Assembly: GCA_965215265.1 (NCBI GenBank)
Contig: OZ244048.1
Coordinates: 1,568,001 to 1,632,000, forward strand
Source of the DNA: Candidatus Poribacteria bacterium
Lineage (GTDB): Bacteria > Poribacteria > WGA-4E > WGA-3G
DNA length: 64,000 nt
Direction: 5' to 3'
A program made the position numbers and the translations under genes. Below are positions 19,176 to 29,210 of the stretch, piece by piece. The number at the start of each line of letters is the position of its first letter. Position 1 is the first letter of the stretch. The notes beneath the pieces are model-generated. The model worked only from the letters and a program-made list of their open reading frames with translations, was not told the origin of the DNA and did no database searches.

Positions 19176-21878
19176 TCAAAACTCATATATAATTCCGAAA
19201 GAGAAAAAGATGGGGAATTGGGGTATCTCCAGAGATTCATTGGCTTCTCTCCAGTCAAGTTCTTCCATGTCACTCTCATACTCTAACGTTTCGATGCCCT
19301 CTACCAATTGATCAGCAATGCTTAACCTTATTTTATTTCTGCTGTTGTAGACATTCAAGATTTCGATAAACGTCGTTATAGGGATTCCCCACCGCGTTGT
19401 TTTGCGACTGAAACGGAGATCCAAGCGGTTATAAGCCGGGAACTCTGTTGGCAAAATTGCACCTGTAACATCAGAGATGAGTGGGTGCATCCCCACCGTT
19501 ACAGGGTCCTGAACCATAATGAGGGTATTTAAGGGAACTGCGGTGGTACCACTAGAATATTGCCACCTCGCACCGATCTCCGTTTTAGTCGTTGGGTTGT
19601 AGTTGGCAACAATGCTAACAACGTGTGTGTTATCAAAGAGAAAAGGTTTGTAGCCATCTTCCGGTGTCTCACGTCGTTCGGCGTGGGTATAGGCATAAGA
19701 TACCCATCCGAAGAATTTTTCGCTCACGCGGTGCCGCAAGAACATCTCTGCTCCGCTCACAAACCCTTTTCCTTGATTGAGGTACGGTGTTGTAATCACG
19801 GTGTCCGATTCATCAAAAAGTGCCCCAAGATCTACGGATCGCGTGGCTAATTTTTGCATGTGTTTGTAGTAGAGTGAGAATTTGAGTTCTGTCTGCGGTG
19901 AGAGTTGATGTTCTAACTCCATGATATAATGCTGGGTTAGGCTTGATTTTAGCTTCCGGTTCCCCTCGGCCTTTAGGACCTGATATGCTAAGGGGCTCTG
20001 TTCATAGCTGCCGTAGGCGAACCGGAGGGTGGAAGTCGTTGGCAATGTGACGCTAAGGCTTCCACGCGGCTGAATTGAGAGTTCATCTGTCAAATTGAGA
20101 TAATCAAACCGCACACCGATTGCCATTGACAGAAATGAGAACAGATCATAGCGTCCTTGTAGGTATCCCTCGGCACGCCGAAACGCGTAATTAAATTCGT
20201 CGTGTTTTTGGCCCCATGACGGTTCCTCATCATCATCAAAATCTACGGTTGCTAGGAAAGTGGTGCGTGCGAGACTCTTGGCTGGACTAAATGCAAGGAG
20301 AAATCCTGGCTCAAATTGAAGTGTCGGTGTTAATTGGTAAAACACGTCTTCGCGAAGCGTATACATAGGGGTGTTAACCTTGACATTGTAGATGAATTCT
20401 TCGTTCTCAGCGCTGTCGTCTTGACTTGAGGCATCCTTGAAATTGACATTGAGAAAATTGTGAGAACGTGTGAGGGAGAGATAGGACGTGAGTTTATCAG
20501 TGAAATTAGAGCGGAGATGGATGCCTTCTGCTTCAAACCCGTTTTTGAAATATGCAGAAAAATCACCGGTGTCTTCGATATCTTCTGACCTAAAATTAGA
20601 GAAGTCAAAAAAATCTGTGGCTCCCAAACCGTTGAGCGTGAGGTGATGCTTTTTCGTGAGTTGATAAGCAAATTTGAGTTGATAGTCAGACCAGTTTGGA
20701 AATGTCCAATCAACAAAACGCCCTAAAATGAGATCGAGTGTGGTGAATCGCCCTGCAATGGATGCGTACCCCTTGTTGCCAATTTTGGCTCCAACGAAAC
20801 CAGAGGGTGAAAAAATGTTCAGGTCGAGCGTGCCTGTTAGCCTCTTTTTCAACTCTTCACGCGAACGGATGTCAATAACCGATTGTGAATCCAATCCAAA
20901 TTCGGCACCGTAGCCGCCAGCATAGATGCGAATGTCTTCAATACTATTTGAGTTAATCGTTGAGATAATGCCGCCAAAATGGAACGGATAGCCGACCGGG
21001 GTTCTATCTAAATACATGAGCGTTTCCCCCGGCGCACTTCCACGGATATAGAGGATTCCGAAGATATCGTTGGGGATACCGATGCTCGGCAGCGTCGTGA
21101 GCCCTTTGAGTGCATCACGCCCTATGCCGGGAATCCGTATCAGTTCGCTACCTTGAATCTGCTTTCGGCTAATCGTCGGCCGGAGGCGTTGGCCCTCCAC
21201 CACAACTGTTTCTAGCTTTGCCACTGTCCCGAGATATACTTTCACCTGTGTAGTCTCGCCTGCTGTTACCTCTATTGTCGTAGCCATCGGTGTCTTATAC
21301 GCTGCATGTGTGATGGACAGGGTGTAGGTGTCAGGCGCGATGTCTGTAAACTGAAAGTTTCCGGAAGCATCTGTTTTTCTGGACACGTTGATTTCGACAA
21401 GGAGGCTCTCTGCCTCGGCAAGAGGCTTCCCTGTTGTTTGGTCATAGACATAACCGTCGATATCCCCGTTATTGGTGGCTTTCACAAACGTAACCGCTGT
21501 ACCGGGGTAAAATCTTCCGCGGAGCGTCTCGCCCGCACGAATCTCAATCAGAATCTCTGTGGGTGTACTATAGATGGGATGGGATATGGAGAGTGTATAT
21601 GTTCCGGTAGGAATTTCGGTAAACCGAAATGTTCCGTCTTCATCTGTTTTTTGGGACTCCTCAATCTCAACGAGGTGCACCTCAGCTTCAACTAACGGTG
21701 TAGCGGGGTCGTGCTGGAGGACTGTGCCTTCTATATCACCTGTGTGCGGAAAAACCCGCTGCCAGATGCTTTTTTTCGTTTTTGAGGTCTTGTCTTTTTT
21801 AGTATCGTCCGTTTCGGCAAAAACAGAGAACGTTACCATGAGCACTACAAACAGAACTAGATATGAACAAAATTTCAT
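19176..21878 (-). CDS. TonB-dependent receptor with two N-terminal carboxypeptidase-regulatory-like domains
   Basis: Duplicated GDI(E/D)G...TD..G.F.FT.I domains, plug YIRGS, C-terminal YEF. Confidence 0.9.
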   Translation of the reverse strand: MKFCSYLVLFVVLMVTFSVFAETDDTKKDKTSKTKKSIWQRVFPHTGDIEGTVLQHDPATPLVEAEVHLVEIEESQKTDEDGTFRFTEIPTGTYTLSISHPIYSTPTEILIEIRAGETLRGRFYPGTAVTFVKATNNGDIDGYVYDQTTGKPLAEAESLLVEINVSRKTDASGNFQFTDIAPDTYTLSITHAAYKTPMATTIEVTAGETTQVKVYLGTVAKLETVVVEGQRLRPTISRKQIQGSELIRIPGIGRDALKGLTTLPSIGIPNDIFGILYIRGSAPGETLMYLDRTPVGYPFHFGGIISTINSNSIEDIRIYAGGYGAEFGLDSQSVIDIRSREELKKRLTGTLDLNIFSPSGFVGAKIGNKGYASIAGRFTTLDLILGRFVDWTFPNWSDYQLKFAYQLTKKHHLTLNGLGATDFFDFSNFRSEDIEDTGDFSAYFKNGFEAEGIHLRSNFTDKLTSYLSLTRSHNFLNVNFKDASSQDDSAENEEFIYNVKVNTPMYTLREDVFYQLTPTLQFEPGFLLAFSPAKSLARTTFLATVDFDDDEEPSWGQKHDEFNYAFRRAEGYLQGRYDLFSFLSMAIGVRFDYLNLTDELSIQPRGSLSVTLPTTSTLRFAYGSYEQSPLAYQVLKAEGNRKLKSSLTQHYIMELEHQLSPQTELKFSLYYKHMQKLATRSVDLGALFDESDTVITTPYLNQGKGFVSGAEMFLRHRVSEKFFGWVSYAYTHAERRETPEDGYKPFLFDNTHVVSIVANYNPTTKTEIGARWQYSSGTTAVPLNTLIMVQDPVTVGMHPLISDVTGAILPTEFPAYNRLDLRFSRKTTRWGIPITTFIEILNVYNSRNKIRLSIADQLVEGIETLEYESDMEELDWREANESLEIPQFPIFFSFGIIYEF

Positions 21879-21879
21879 G

Positions 21880-22113
21880 TTTTTGTATATCTCCGTACCA
21901 TCAACGTCTATGTAATGATAGCTCGTGTGTAAATCTCGTCGGAGCCGTTCGACGTTTTGACTCTAAATATCACCTTCCTCCTCCTCCGTATCTTCACCGC
22001 TTATCGCTTTTTTGTATATCTCCGTACCATCAACGTCTATGTAATGATAGCTCGTGTGTAAATCTCGTCGGAGCCGTTCGATGTTTTGACTCTAAATATC
22101 ACCTTCCTCCTCC
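21880..22113 (-). mobile_element. Two tandem family-1 truncated copies (129-bp period)
   Basis: GTATATCTCC at 21885 and 22014. Confidence 0.9.
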
Positions 22114-22265
22114 GTTTTCAGTTTTGTTGCCTGCCGCCGCGGCTTGGATGAGGTAAATTCACTCAAGCTGGGACAGGAATATTCTCTGATTTCGATTAAT
22201 CGTGGAATACTTCCATCAATTGAATCTGTTTCGAACTTAAATTGGTTGTAATGATCGAATTGGGT

Positions 22266-22829
22266 TTATTCAAAATTCTCTCTGTTCAAATCAAATGAAA
22301 ATTGCCCGAAAACCTTTGATTTACTGACAATTTCATCTTCATCTGAATCAACCAGTTTGCCTTTGAAGTTAAGTTCACCACCGCTATTATGGGAAAACTC
22401 TCCTGTCAAAAGGTAGGTACTGCCAGCTTCTACATCAGCAGAAAATCTGGATAGGATTTGACGATCACTCGGTGTGTTTTCATGGAAAGACTCGTATATG
22501 ATGAGTAATGACATCTCATATTTTCCGGGATCGACCAAAATCTCGTCGATAGCGAGCTCTTCATACGCGTCAATTTTCTGACGCAAGGCTAACTTGCCAT
22601 CAATTCTGAACACAATCAGATTGGGACGTTGGATCCACTGTCCGTCCGTGTCGATTTTGATAGTAGCGAGTGAGGATTTTGGTAGCTGTGCTACTTTATA
22701 CTCACTCTCTCGCATTAAAAGTGTACCACACCCGGTAAGTAGCGAAACTAGGAGCACAGCCGCTAATAGAATAGAGAGTTTTGTGCTGATATTATCAAGA
22801 TAGAAGTGTATAAATTTGACGCGTTTCAT
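22266..22829 (-). CDS. Hypothetical lipoprotein
   Basis: LLTGC lipobox-like motif; GGGGAG upstream. Confidence 0.6.
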   Translation of the reverse strand: MKRVKFIHFYLDNISTKLSILLAAVLLVSLLTGCGTLLMRESEYKVAQLPKSSLATIKIDTDGQWIQRPNLIVFRIDGKLALRQKIDAYEELAIDEILVDPGKYEMSLLIIYESFHENTPSDRQILSRFSADVEAGSTYLLTGEFSHNSGGELNFKGKLVDSDEDEIVSKSKVFGQFSFDLNRENFE

Positions 22830-23144
22830 TTTTTCCTCCCCTAAGTTTAAGTGAGGGTTTTTCGTTAATAATGGGACGATGGGTCCTCATGATGTCACCG
22901 CCGACATCCGTTTTTGTTTGCACGGTTTTTCGTTAATAATGGGACTATGGGTCTCTCCCAAGCCTTAGCGTATTGCATTTGAGCCCTTTTGCAAAAAGTA
23001 TAAGATAAGTCGCAAAAAATATCAAGAAAAATCAGTTTTTTTATACATGAAAGCGATAAGGCGTGCTTAGCGTGAACGGACTCGTGCCCATTTCGCCAGA
23101 ACTGCTTTGGCCGGATTTTTTCTTCATAGATAGAGACGCATACG

Positions 23145-23321
23145 TTTTTTTGTATATCTCCGTACCATCAACGTCTATGTAATGATAGCTCGTGTGTAAA
23201 TCTCGTCGGAGACTCCTTAGGTAATGTCTTTAAAATCATAACATCAAACGGCTCCGACGAGATTTGTAAGGGATTCAAAATAGCAGCAGCCTGGATTGGG
23301 CACCTGTAGACAAACAAAAAA
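23145..23321. mobile_element. Family-1 element, full palindromic copy
   Basis: Arm B - AAATCTCGTCGGAG...CTCCGACGAGATTT - arm A. Confidence 0.85.
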
Positions 23322-23554
23322 AACGGAATCATCAACGAAAAACGACGCTAGAAATGTAAGCGCTGCTACGTCCCATGCAAACACAGCACATCACGCGGCA
23401 GAATGCCCGTAGAACGCAGATGAACTGTCTTTATCTACTGTCATGGACTTTCGGCTCTCTCCAAACTGCAAGCCTCCGATGGAGCCACAAGTTCAGCACT
23501 CAACACGCACAACCGTCGCTACTGTACCTTCATCTACCTATGTTAGGATTCCTA

Positions 23555-24611
23555 TCAACTCGCCTGTAATCGTCGAATTCGGGCAGGCGTGTCGTCATTC
23601 CGAATCTCGGAAGAGAGGATTCGGAGGTGCAGGTCTTGAATAGGGAGATTTACCTTTACGCCGCCCCGGCGGTGCGATTCGTGCAGTGCGACGGCAATCT
23701 CTAACGCGGCACGTACGTCTTCACCGGAACATTTCGGGGAGTTCTCGTTTTCAATGGCGTTAATCAAATCGGCGACAATCGTTAGTCCCATGCCTTGCAT
23801 TCTGACAGGCAGTGGGAAGGGGCACTTTGCCGGCACTCCGCGTCCGCGTCGTCCGCCGGGAACCATACGGATTAATTCAAAGGTTTCGGCATTGTTATTC
23901 GTATAGTGCAGCCCGCAACAAGGCTGCTGCTATATTAAACCCTTTACAAATCTCGTCGGAGGGTTCCGATGTTTAGATTCAATACATCAGGAGGCTCTGG
24001 CGAGATTTATACAGTAATTTACAAAACATAAACCTTTATGGTACGGAGATATACGAAAAATTGAACGGGTACGCCCGGTTGTGCCGATAACATCGACTTC
24101 CCAGGGTGCTGCCCCACATGCGGTACTGCGTAGATATGCGCGTACGCCGTTATCAAAAACGAGGTAACCGTTTCCCGAGAGATCGTTTTCATCGGCGGCG
24201 GCTTCATCGGATTCCATTTCGCAGAAAACCCATTTGACATTTCCGCCTGCCATGTAGCGAAGAATATCAATGGCGTGACTGCCGTTATGGGAGAGCCCAC
24301 ATTGGGCATACACGGTCACTTGCAGCACGTTGCCGATTTCATCAGCGTCAATTAATCTACGGGCTTCGCTAAAGAACGGATTCCAGCGGCGCACACAATT
24401 TATCGCCAAGGCGACACCTTCTGTGCGGCACGTCGCCACCATCGCATCTGCTTCAGCAAGACTAAGCGAAATCGGTTTTTCTGCCCAAATTGCTTTGACA
24501 CCTGCACGGGCAACATCTTTCACAATAGTAGCCCGAATTCTTGATGTGGTGCAAACGCTGACGATGTCCAAATTCTCTTTCGTCAGCATCTCTTGATAAT
24601 TGTTGTAAAGG
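23555..24611 (-). pseudogene. Gfo/Idh/MocA oxidoreductase, 5'-truncated and interrupted by a family-1 element
   Basis: EKP and HNGSHAID motifs; the two halves share one frame across the 23900-24058 insertion; N-terminal GxGxxG missing. Confidence 0.85.
23898..24060. mobile_element. Family-1 full copy inside a gene
   Basis: TTCGTATAGTGCAGCCC...GGTACGGAGATATACGAAAAA. Confidence 0.85.
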
Positions 24612-24781
24612 TTTTTCGTATACTGCAGCCCAATAAAGGCGGCTGCAATGTTAAAACCTTTACAAATCTCGTCAGAGCCGTTTATGTCTACGATTTTAAA
24701 GACTATACCTAGATAACCTCCAGCGAGATTTACACACGAGCCATCAAAATCATAGGCGTTGATGGTACGGAGATATACGAA
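24612..24781. mobile_element. Family-1 full copy at the junction of the pseudogene and the RM system
   Basis: TTTTTCGTATACTGCAGCCC...GGTACGGAGATATACGAAA. Confidence 0.85.
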
Positions 24782-24826
24782 CGGTATCAGCTTCTCAAAC
24801 ATAATTTAGTCAGAGTTAGAAAAAGA

Positions 24827-25810
24827 TTATTTTGATTCTTGAAAAAGAAGCAGCTGAACAGATTGAGCTCGGCTTGTATCCGCTGAATTCTGCTTCTCTT
24901 CAATGTAAGCGCGAAGGCAACGGGCAACATACTCAGCTTGTTTGACTGGTACGGCGTTTCCAATCATCTGCTCCACATCGGTTTTGGAGCCAGAAAAATG
25001 AAAATTTTTCGGAAAGGTTTGGAGATAACTCCGTTCCAAGGTTGTGAGTGGACGGACTCCGGCTGAAATTGGAGCCGTGTCTTTTGGATGTGTTTTGTAA
25101 GTTTTAGGAATTGGGCGATTGACTCCTCGAACCGTTGGACTCGGTTCATCAACGCTAAAAACGGCGCGTCGGCTATAGTTGCGAGGATGCCGGTAATAGT
25201 GAGCTATGCCGAGGCTGTCTCCCAAATAATCCCGTACTGTTATGGGTATCGTCGTCAACTGGTCATCCAGATAACTTCCAAGGGCTCTTCGTTCTTCAGT
25301 TGTCTCAAAGGATATTCCCAACTCGCCAATCAGAAAAAGCCGTTTTCGCCTTTGGGGCACCCCACACCGGTTTGCCTCTAAAATCCGCTGCGTCAGCGAA
25401 TATCCAGCCGCTCTTAAAATCTCATCTGCACGACGATATCGTAGACTTTTTACGGTGCGTTCTACATTTTCCATGACAAACCACTGTGGCTTGGTGTGTG
25501 CTACAATCTGTGCAAAGTTCACGGTGAGGTCTGCTCTACCTAATTCCTCATTGCGTTTTCCTGCGTGTGAAAAATCTTGACAGGGTGGTCCGCCAATAAG
25601 CATGTCAAATTGATACGCATTTAGTGTTTTTAAGGTCTGCTGCCATTTGCTGAGATCGCATTCGTGTATTTTATGTGCAAAATTATCTCGGTAAACTTGT
25701 ATTGCTGGGTGCCAGTTATCAAAAGCAGCAACGGCATCAAATCCGGCATTTTGGAATCCGAGCGTCATGCCGCCGCATCCTGCAAAGAGATCTATGAATT
25801 TTAGTGCCAT
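24827..25810 (-). CDS. DNA (cytosine-5)-methyltransferase, M.HindV/M.HgiDI-like
   Basis: FAGCGG, GGPPCQDFS, ENV, QRRKR, GNAVP; YYRHPRNY region. Confidence 0.92.
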   Translation of the reverse strand: MALKFIDLFAGCGGMTLGFQNAGFDAVAAFDNWHPAIQVYRDNFAHKIHECDLSKWQQTLKTLNAYQFDMLIGGPPCQDFSHAGKRNEELGRADLTVNFAQIVAHTKPQWFVMENVERTVKSLRYRRADEILRAAGYSLTQRILEANRCGVPQRRKRLFLIGELGISFETTEERRALGSYLDDQLTTIPITVRDYLGDSLGIAHYYRHPRNYSRRAVFSVDEPSPTVRGVNRPIPKTYKTHPKDTAPISAGVRPLTTLERSYLQTFPKNFHFSGSKTDVEQMIGNAVPVKQAEYVARCLRAYIEEKQNSADTSRAQSVQLLLFQESK

Positions 25811-25828
25811 TTGTTATTTCTCCTTTTT

Positions 25829-26926
25829 TTACATAAAGATTTCTGGAGAATTAGCCAGAATCGCATCAAAACGTCTCTCTGGGCTTAGCAGCTTCTCGCC
25901 TTGGCCAAGGATAATATGTTTAATTTCAGTTTTGCGGATTCTAGGATGTAAAAGTTCTGCACAGGACATATATGGTTGTATCTTTCTTCCACTCAGGGCA
26001 AAAGCTTTGTCTGTTTGTCTAGAGAATCCAGCACTTACAGTCTGTGTATCAATTTTCCCATCTGTAGAGAAATCAGTAAGCATTTTCATCATCCACAAAA
26101 CCGCTCGCTTTGCTCGTGAGAGTTTTCTAGAATGTCCGTGTTCAGCTGCGTCCAAAAGTAACTTTGCAAAAGCGAACGCACTCCAAACAAAAGCGTCCAA
26201 ACAGTGCTCGTGAAGCCGTGAGAATTTTCCAACAGTCTTCCAAATGGGTTGTATAACTAAGGGTGTTTGATCCTCTATCTTTGTAAGTAACAGATGCCTG
26301 ATAGTTTGGATAATATGTGGCATTTTCTTCAATATGTTATCTTCTGCTTCCCAGCCAAAGTTATTTTGAAACATGGGTCGTAGTATCTCTAAAAACTCTC
26401 TTTGGTGTTCGGCATATTTGGCAACAATCTCAAGTGTTAGATGAATAATTGTATTGGGCCGAGTTACAAGTTCACAACCATACTGTTCCTCAGAAAGATT
26501 ACAAGTTGAATTATCAGGCAAAGCTGTCAATTTAATTTCCAGAGCGCGTAGCCATGGGTTCACAGAATTAGAATTATCCATTACGACGCAATCAATCCGA
26601 GGTAAGGTGCCTTTGACAAACTGCTGATTTTTCCCATAAGTATACTCAAAGGCAAAGAAAATGTCCTGAGAGTCATAGGGATGTCCAAAGATGGAATTCA
26701 CATCAACCTTCTTATGAACAAGATCCGAATTCCTATCTAAAACCAAGTAGATAGGGGCAATATTTAGACTTTGCATGTAACATAATAATGAAATAGGAAA
26801 ACAGTTATTAAAGCTATTCTTGCCCCATGCTTTTGCGTGCCTGAAATCCTTGTTTGTGTTAAGTTGATTTAAACCAAATAGGGCGGGTGTACCGCTAACT
26901 GATGTCGATTCCATTAAATTCCTCAT
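25829..26926 (-). CDS. Type II restriction endonuclease, HindVP-like
   Basis: WGKNSFN, LEIKLTALPD, GEKLLSPERRFD; adjacent to the C5 methyltransferase. Confidence 0.8.
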   Translation of the reverse strand: MRNLMESTSVSGTPALFGLNQLNTNKDFRHAKAWGKNSFNNCFPISLLCYMQSLNIAPIYLVLDRNSDLVHKKVDVNSIFGHPYDSQDIFFAFEYTYGKNQQFVKGTLPRIDCVVMDNSNSVNPWLRALEIKLTALPDNSTCNLSEEQYGCELVTRPNTIIHLTLEIVAKYAEHQREFLEILRPMFQNNFGWEAEDNILKKMPHIIQTIRHLLLTKIEDQTPLVIQPIWKTVGKFSRLHEHCLDAFVWSAFAFAKLLLDAAEHGHSRKLSRAKRAVLWMMKMLTDFSTDGKIDTQTVSAGFSRQTDKAFALSGRKIQPYMSCAELLHPRIRKTEIKHIILGQGEKLLSPERRFDAILANSPEIFM

Positions 26927-27170
26927 TATGTTTCAAGTAGCAAACTCCGCTAGCAAAGAGTCTCTATTCCTCCTCACGGTACTTTGAACTCCGGCCGGAT
27001 TCCGCGCATCTGCCATACATCGATGCCGTGTCTCTTGCCTTTATCATTGCAGATGGTCAAGAGACTATCCGGCAGCCGAAGGAACCGTGGTTAATTCTGC
27101 CGTGAATTTGTAGATTGTTCGATCGTATTCACCTATATAATAGTGAACAGAAGGTTTATGACTAAACAGA

Positions 27171-27450
27171 TTTTTTGTATATCTCCGTACCATCAACGCC
27201 TATGTAATGATAACTCGTGTATAAATCTCGCCAGTGGCAGGGCAGGATAGGTAATCTTTTCTCATGGACAAAAAAAGAATACCTTTTACCTGCCACCCAC
27301 TGGGAGCCATTCTAGATTATGATTCTTCAATCACTTTTCGCGCAAGCTCCTTAATCTCTACAGGATCCCCACCTTGTTGTACTGCATTGGATTCGTGGGC
27401 ACAGAAACCTTGTTTAGACAAAAAGGAAGCAAACGTTCCACTTCAACGGT
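27171..27450 (-). mobile_element. Family-1 copy with nested family-2 repeat and a long coding tail
   Basis: Fixed end at 27171; family 2 at 27232-27303; tail encodes ...GDPVEIKELARKVIEES*; distal boundary uncertain. Confidence 0.75.
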
Positions 27451-27451
27451 C

Positions 27452-29020
27452 CTATTCATAAATATTCTTCATCTGCCAAGCATCTAGAGACTTGAGTTCA
27501 CACGTTTGCCCTTGCGAACGCAATGACACCCCTATGCTCTCTTGCTTATCTGGGTAGACACGCATGGCGAGACATTGCCGCCCGTTTGCAAACACTTCTA
27601 CAACGCTTTTGTCAACAAAAACACGCAATTTGAGGGTTTCGTCTCGTTCAATGGAGACAGCCCCGGTTTCTGGTGCGCGCGATAGCACATCCGGTGCGAT
27701 GGATGAATACGAAGAATCGATGGTTAGCAGACTGTCGCGAACGTCACGATGTGAGTCCGGATGCCGCATGCCGCGTTCTCTGAAGAAGGCGATGCGTGTG
27801 TATTCCTCTTTCTGCGGGGAACGTAGGACGTTCAACTCGACCATCGGTGCAGATTTCACATCGATTTCCAGTTCAAGTTCCATGGCGTTGCCGGCGATGC
27901 CTTGAAGCACGACTTCCTGGTTGGCAGGGAGAGACATCGCATTAATGTGCTGATGCGTGTGGCGAAGCGATTGAATGTCGCCGGCCGGTTCGATTCCCAC
28001 TTCGTCCTTGGAAAGGAGCGTGAGGTGTCGCGGCAGTGTCATAATCTGGTTCCAACCTTTAGTCGGTTTAGCGGGGTTCATGTTATAGATAACGATAAGT
28101 CCGCCTTTACCATCCGGCGTTGCCGAGGGTGCGTGGACACCTGCCGGGGACGCTGCGCCAAAATTGTTCTTTGCACCGGTTGTCACAACGAACTTGTCGC
28201 GTTCCGTGTCATAATCGCCGAGCAGGTACTGCCCACCACTCATGTGACTAAAAAAGAGGAGCATGTGCCTATCGCCGATCGGCCAAAAATATGGGCAGGC
28301 TCCGTCATCGCCGACCAACGTATACATATCATCCTCAAGGAAGGGATGCAGATAGACCCAATTCGCCAAATCAGCTGAACGGAGGAGGAAGTTGGCACGC
28401 ACTCGCTTCCCGCCGGGTCCATGCGGAAGTGTGCCGCCTGAAAGGGAGTAGTACATGCCATCTTTCTTCCAGATGCACGGATCGAACACACGATAGACAG
28501 GGGTTGTACCGTCCGCGTGTTTCGCCGGGATGACCGCCTTGCCGGACACCTTCTCCCAATTTAAGAGCAACGGATCACTTGAAACCGCCACCATATTACC
28601 GACGACCGTTCCGTGGTACATTGCAATCACGCGTTCTTCTTCTACGAGTGTTGCACCAGAGAAACAGCACCGTTCCGGATTCGGGTAAATAGCGTAAGGC
28701 AGATCTCGCCAATGAATGAGATCATCGCTTATGGCGTGGCCCCAGTGCTGACGTGTATCTTCAGGCGGATATGCCTGATAGAAGAGGTGCCAGTGGCCCT
28801 GCCAGAAACAGAGCCCGTTCGGGTCGTTTAGCATCGCTTCGGGGTTCACGTAATGGTAAATCGGACGGTGTGGGTCGGCGGCATACCGTTTTCGGTACTC
28901 AAGCAGTCTGAGCATCAGCGGATTCGTTTTCAGTTGTTCTTTCTGCTTTTCTAATGTATCAGCAAAGGTATAGTGAGGAACTTTTGAGGTATAATCCTCA
29001 ACTGAATGGGTATTATTCAT
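27452..29020 (-). CDS. Glycoside hydrolase family 32
   Basis: NDPNG, WGHA, FSG, FDP, DKSVVEVF. Confidence 0.9.
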   Translation of the reverse strand: MNNTHSVEDYTSKVPHYTFADTLEKQKEQLKTNPLMLRLLEYRKRYAADPHRPIYHYVNPEAMLNDPNGLCFWQGHWHLFYQAYPPEDTRQHWGHAISDDLIHWRDLPYAIYPNPERCCFSGATLVEEERVIAMYHGTVVGNMVAVSSDPLLLNWEKVSGKAVIPAKHADGTTPVYRVFDPCIWKKDGMYYSLSGGTLPHGPGGKRVRANFLLRSADLANWVYLHPFLEDDMYTLVGDDGACPYFWPIGDRHMLLFFSHMSGGQYLLGDYDTERDKFVVTTGAKNNFGAASPAGVHAPSATPDGKGGLIVIYNMNPAKPTKGWNQIMTLPRHLTLLSKDEVGIEPAGDIQSLRHTHQHINAMSLPANQEVVLQGIAGNAMELELEIDVKSAPMVELNVLRSPQKEEYTRIAFFRERGMRHPDSHRDVRDSLLTIDSSYSSIAPDVLSRAPETGAVSIERDETLKLRVFVDKSVVEVFANGRQCLAMRVYPDKQESIGVSLRSQGQTCELKSLDAWQMKNIYE

Positions 29021-29106
29021 AACAGATTCTCCTTTTTACGATAATCAACTGCTTGCATCATAACATAAACAGATAGTAGATTCAAGGATTTCTTCAGTTA
29101 TTTAAA

Positions 29107-29135
29107 TTGACTAGATTTCACGGTTGTGTTAAAAT
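29107..29135 (+). promoter_or_regulatory. sigma70-type promoter
   Basis: TTGACT-17 bp-TAAAAT. Confidence 0.55.
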
Positions 29136-29210
29136 GTGTATGATAGGCGAGTGTCTTCTTGTTAGAATAAATCGCGACAATCGGATCCATTACCAGAGGA
29201 GAGCAGAACG

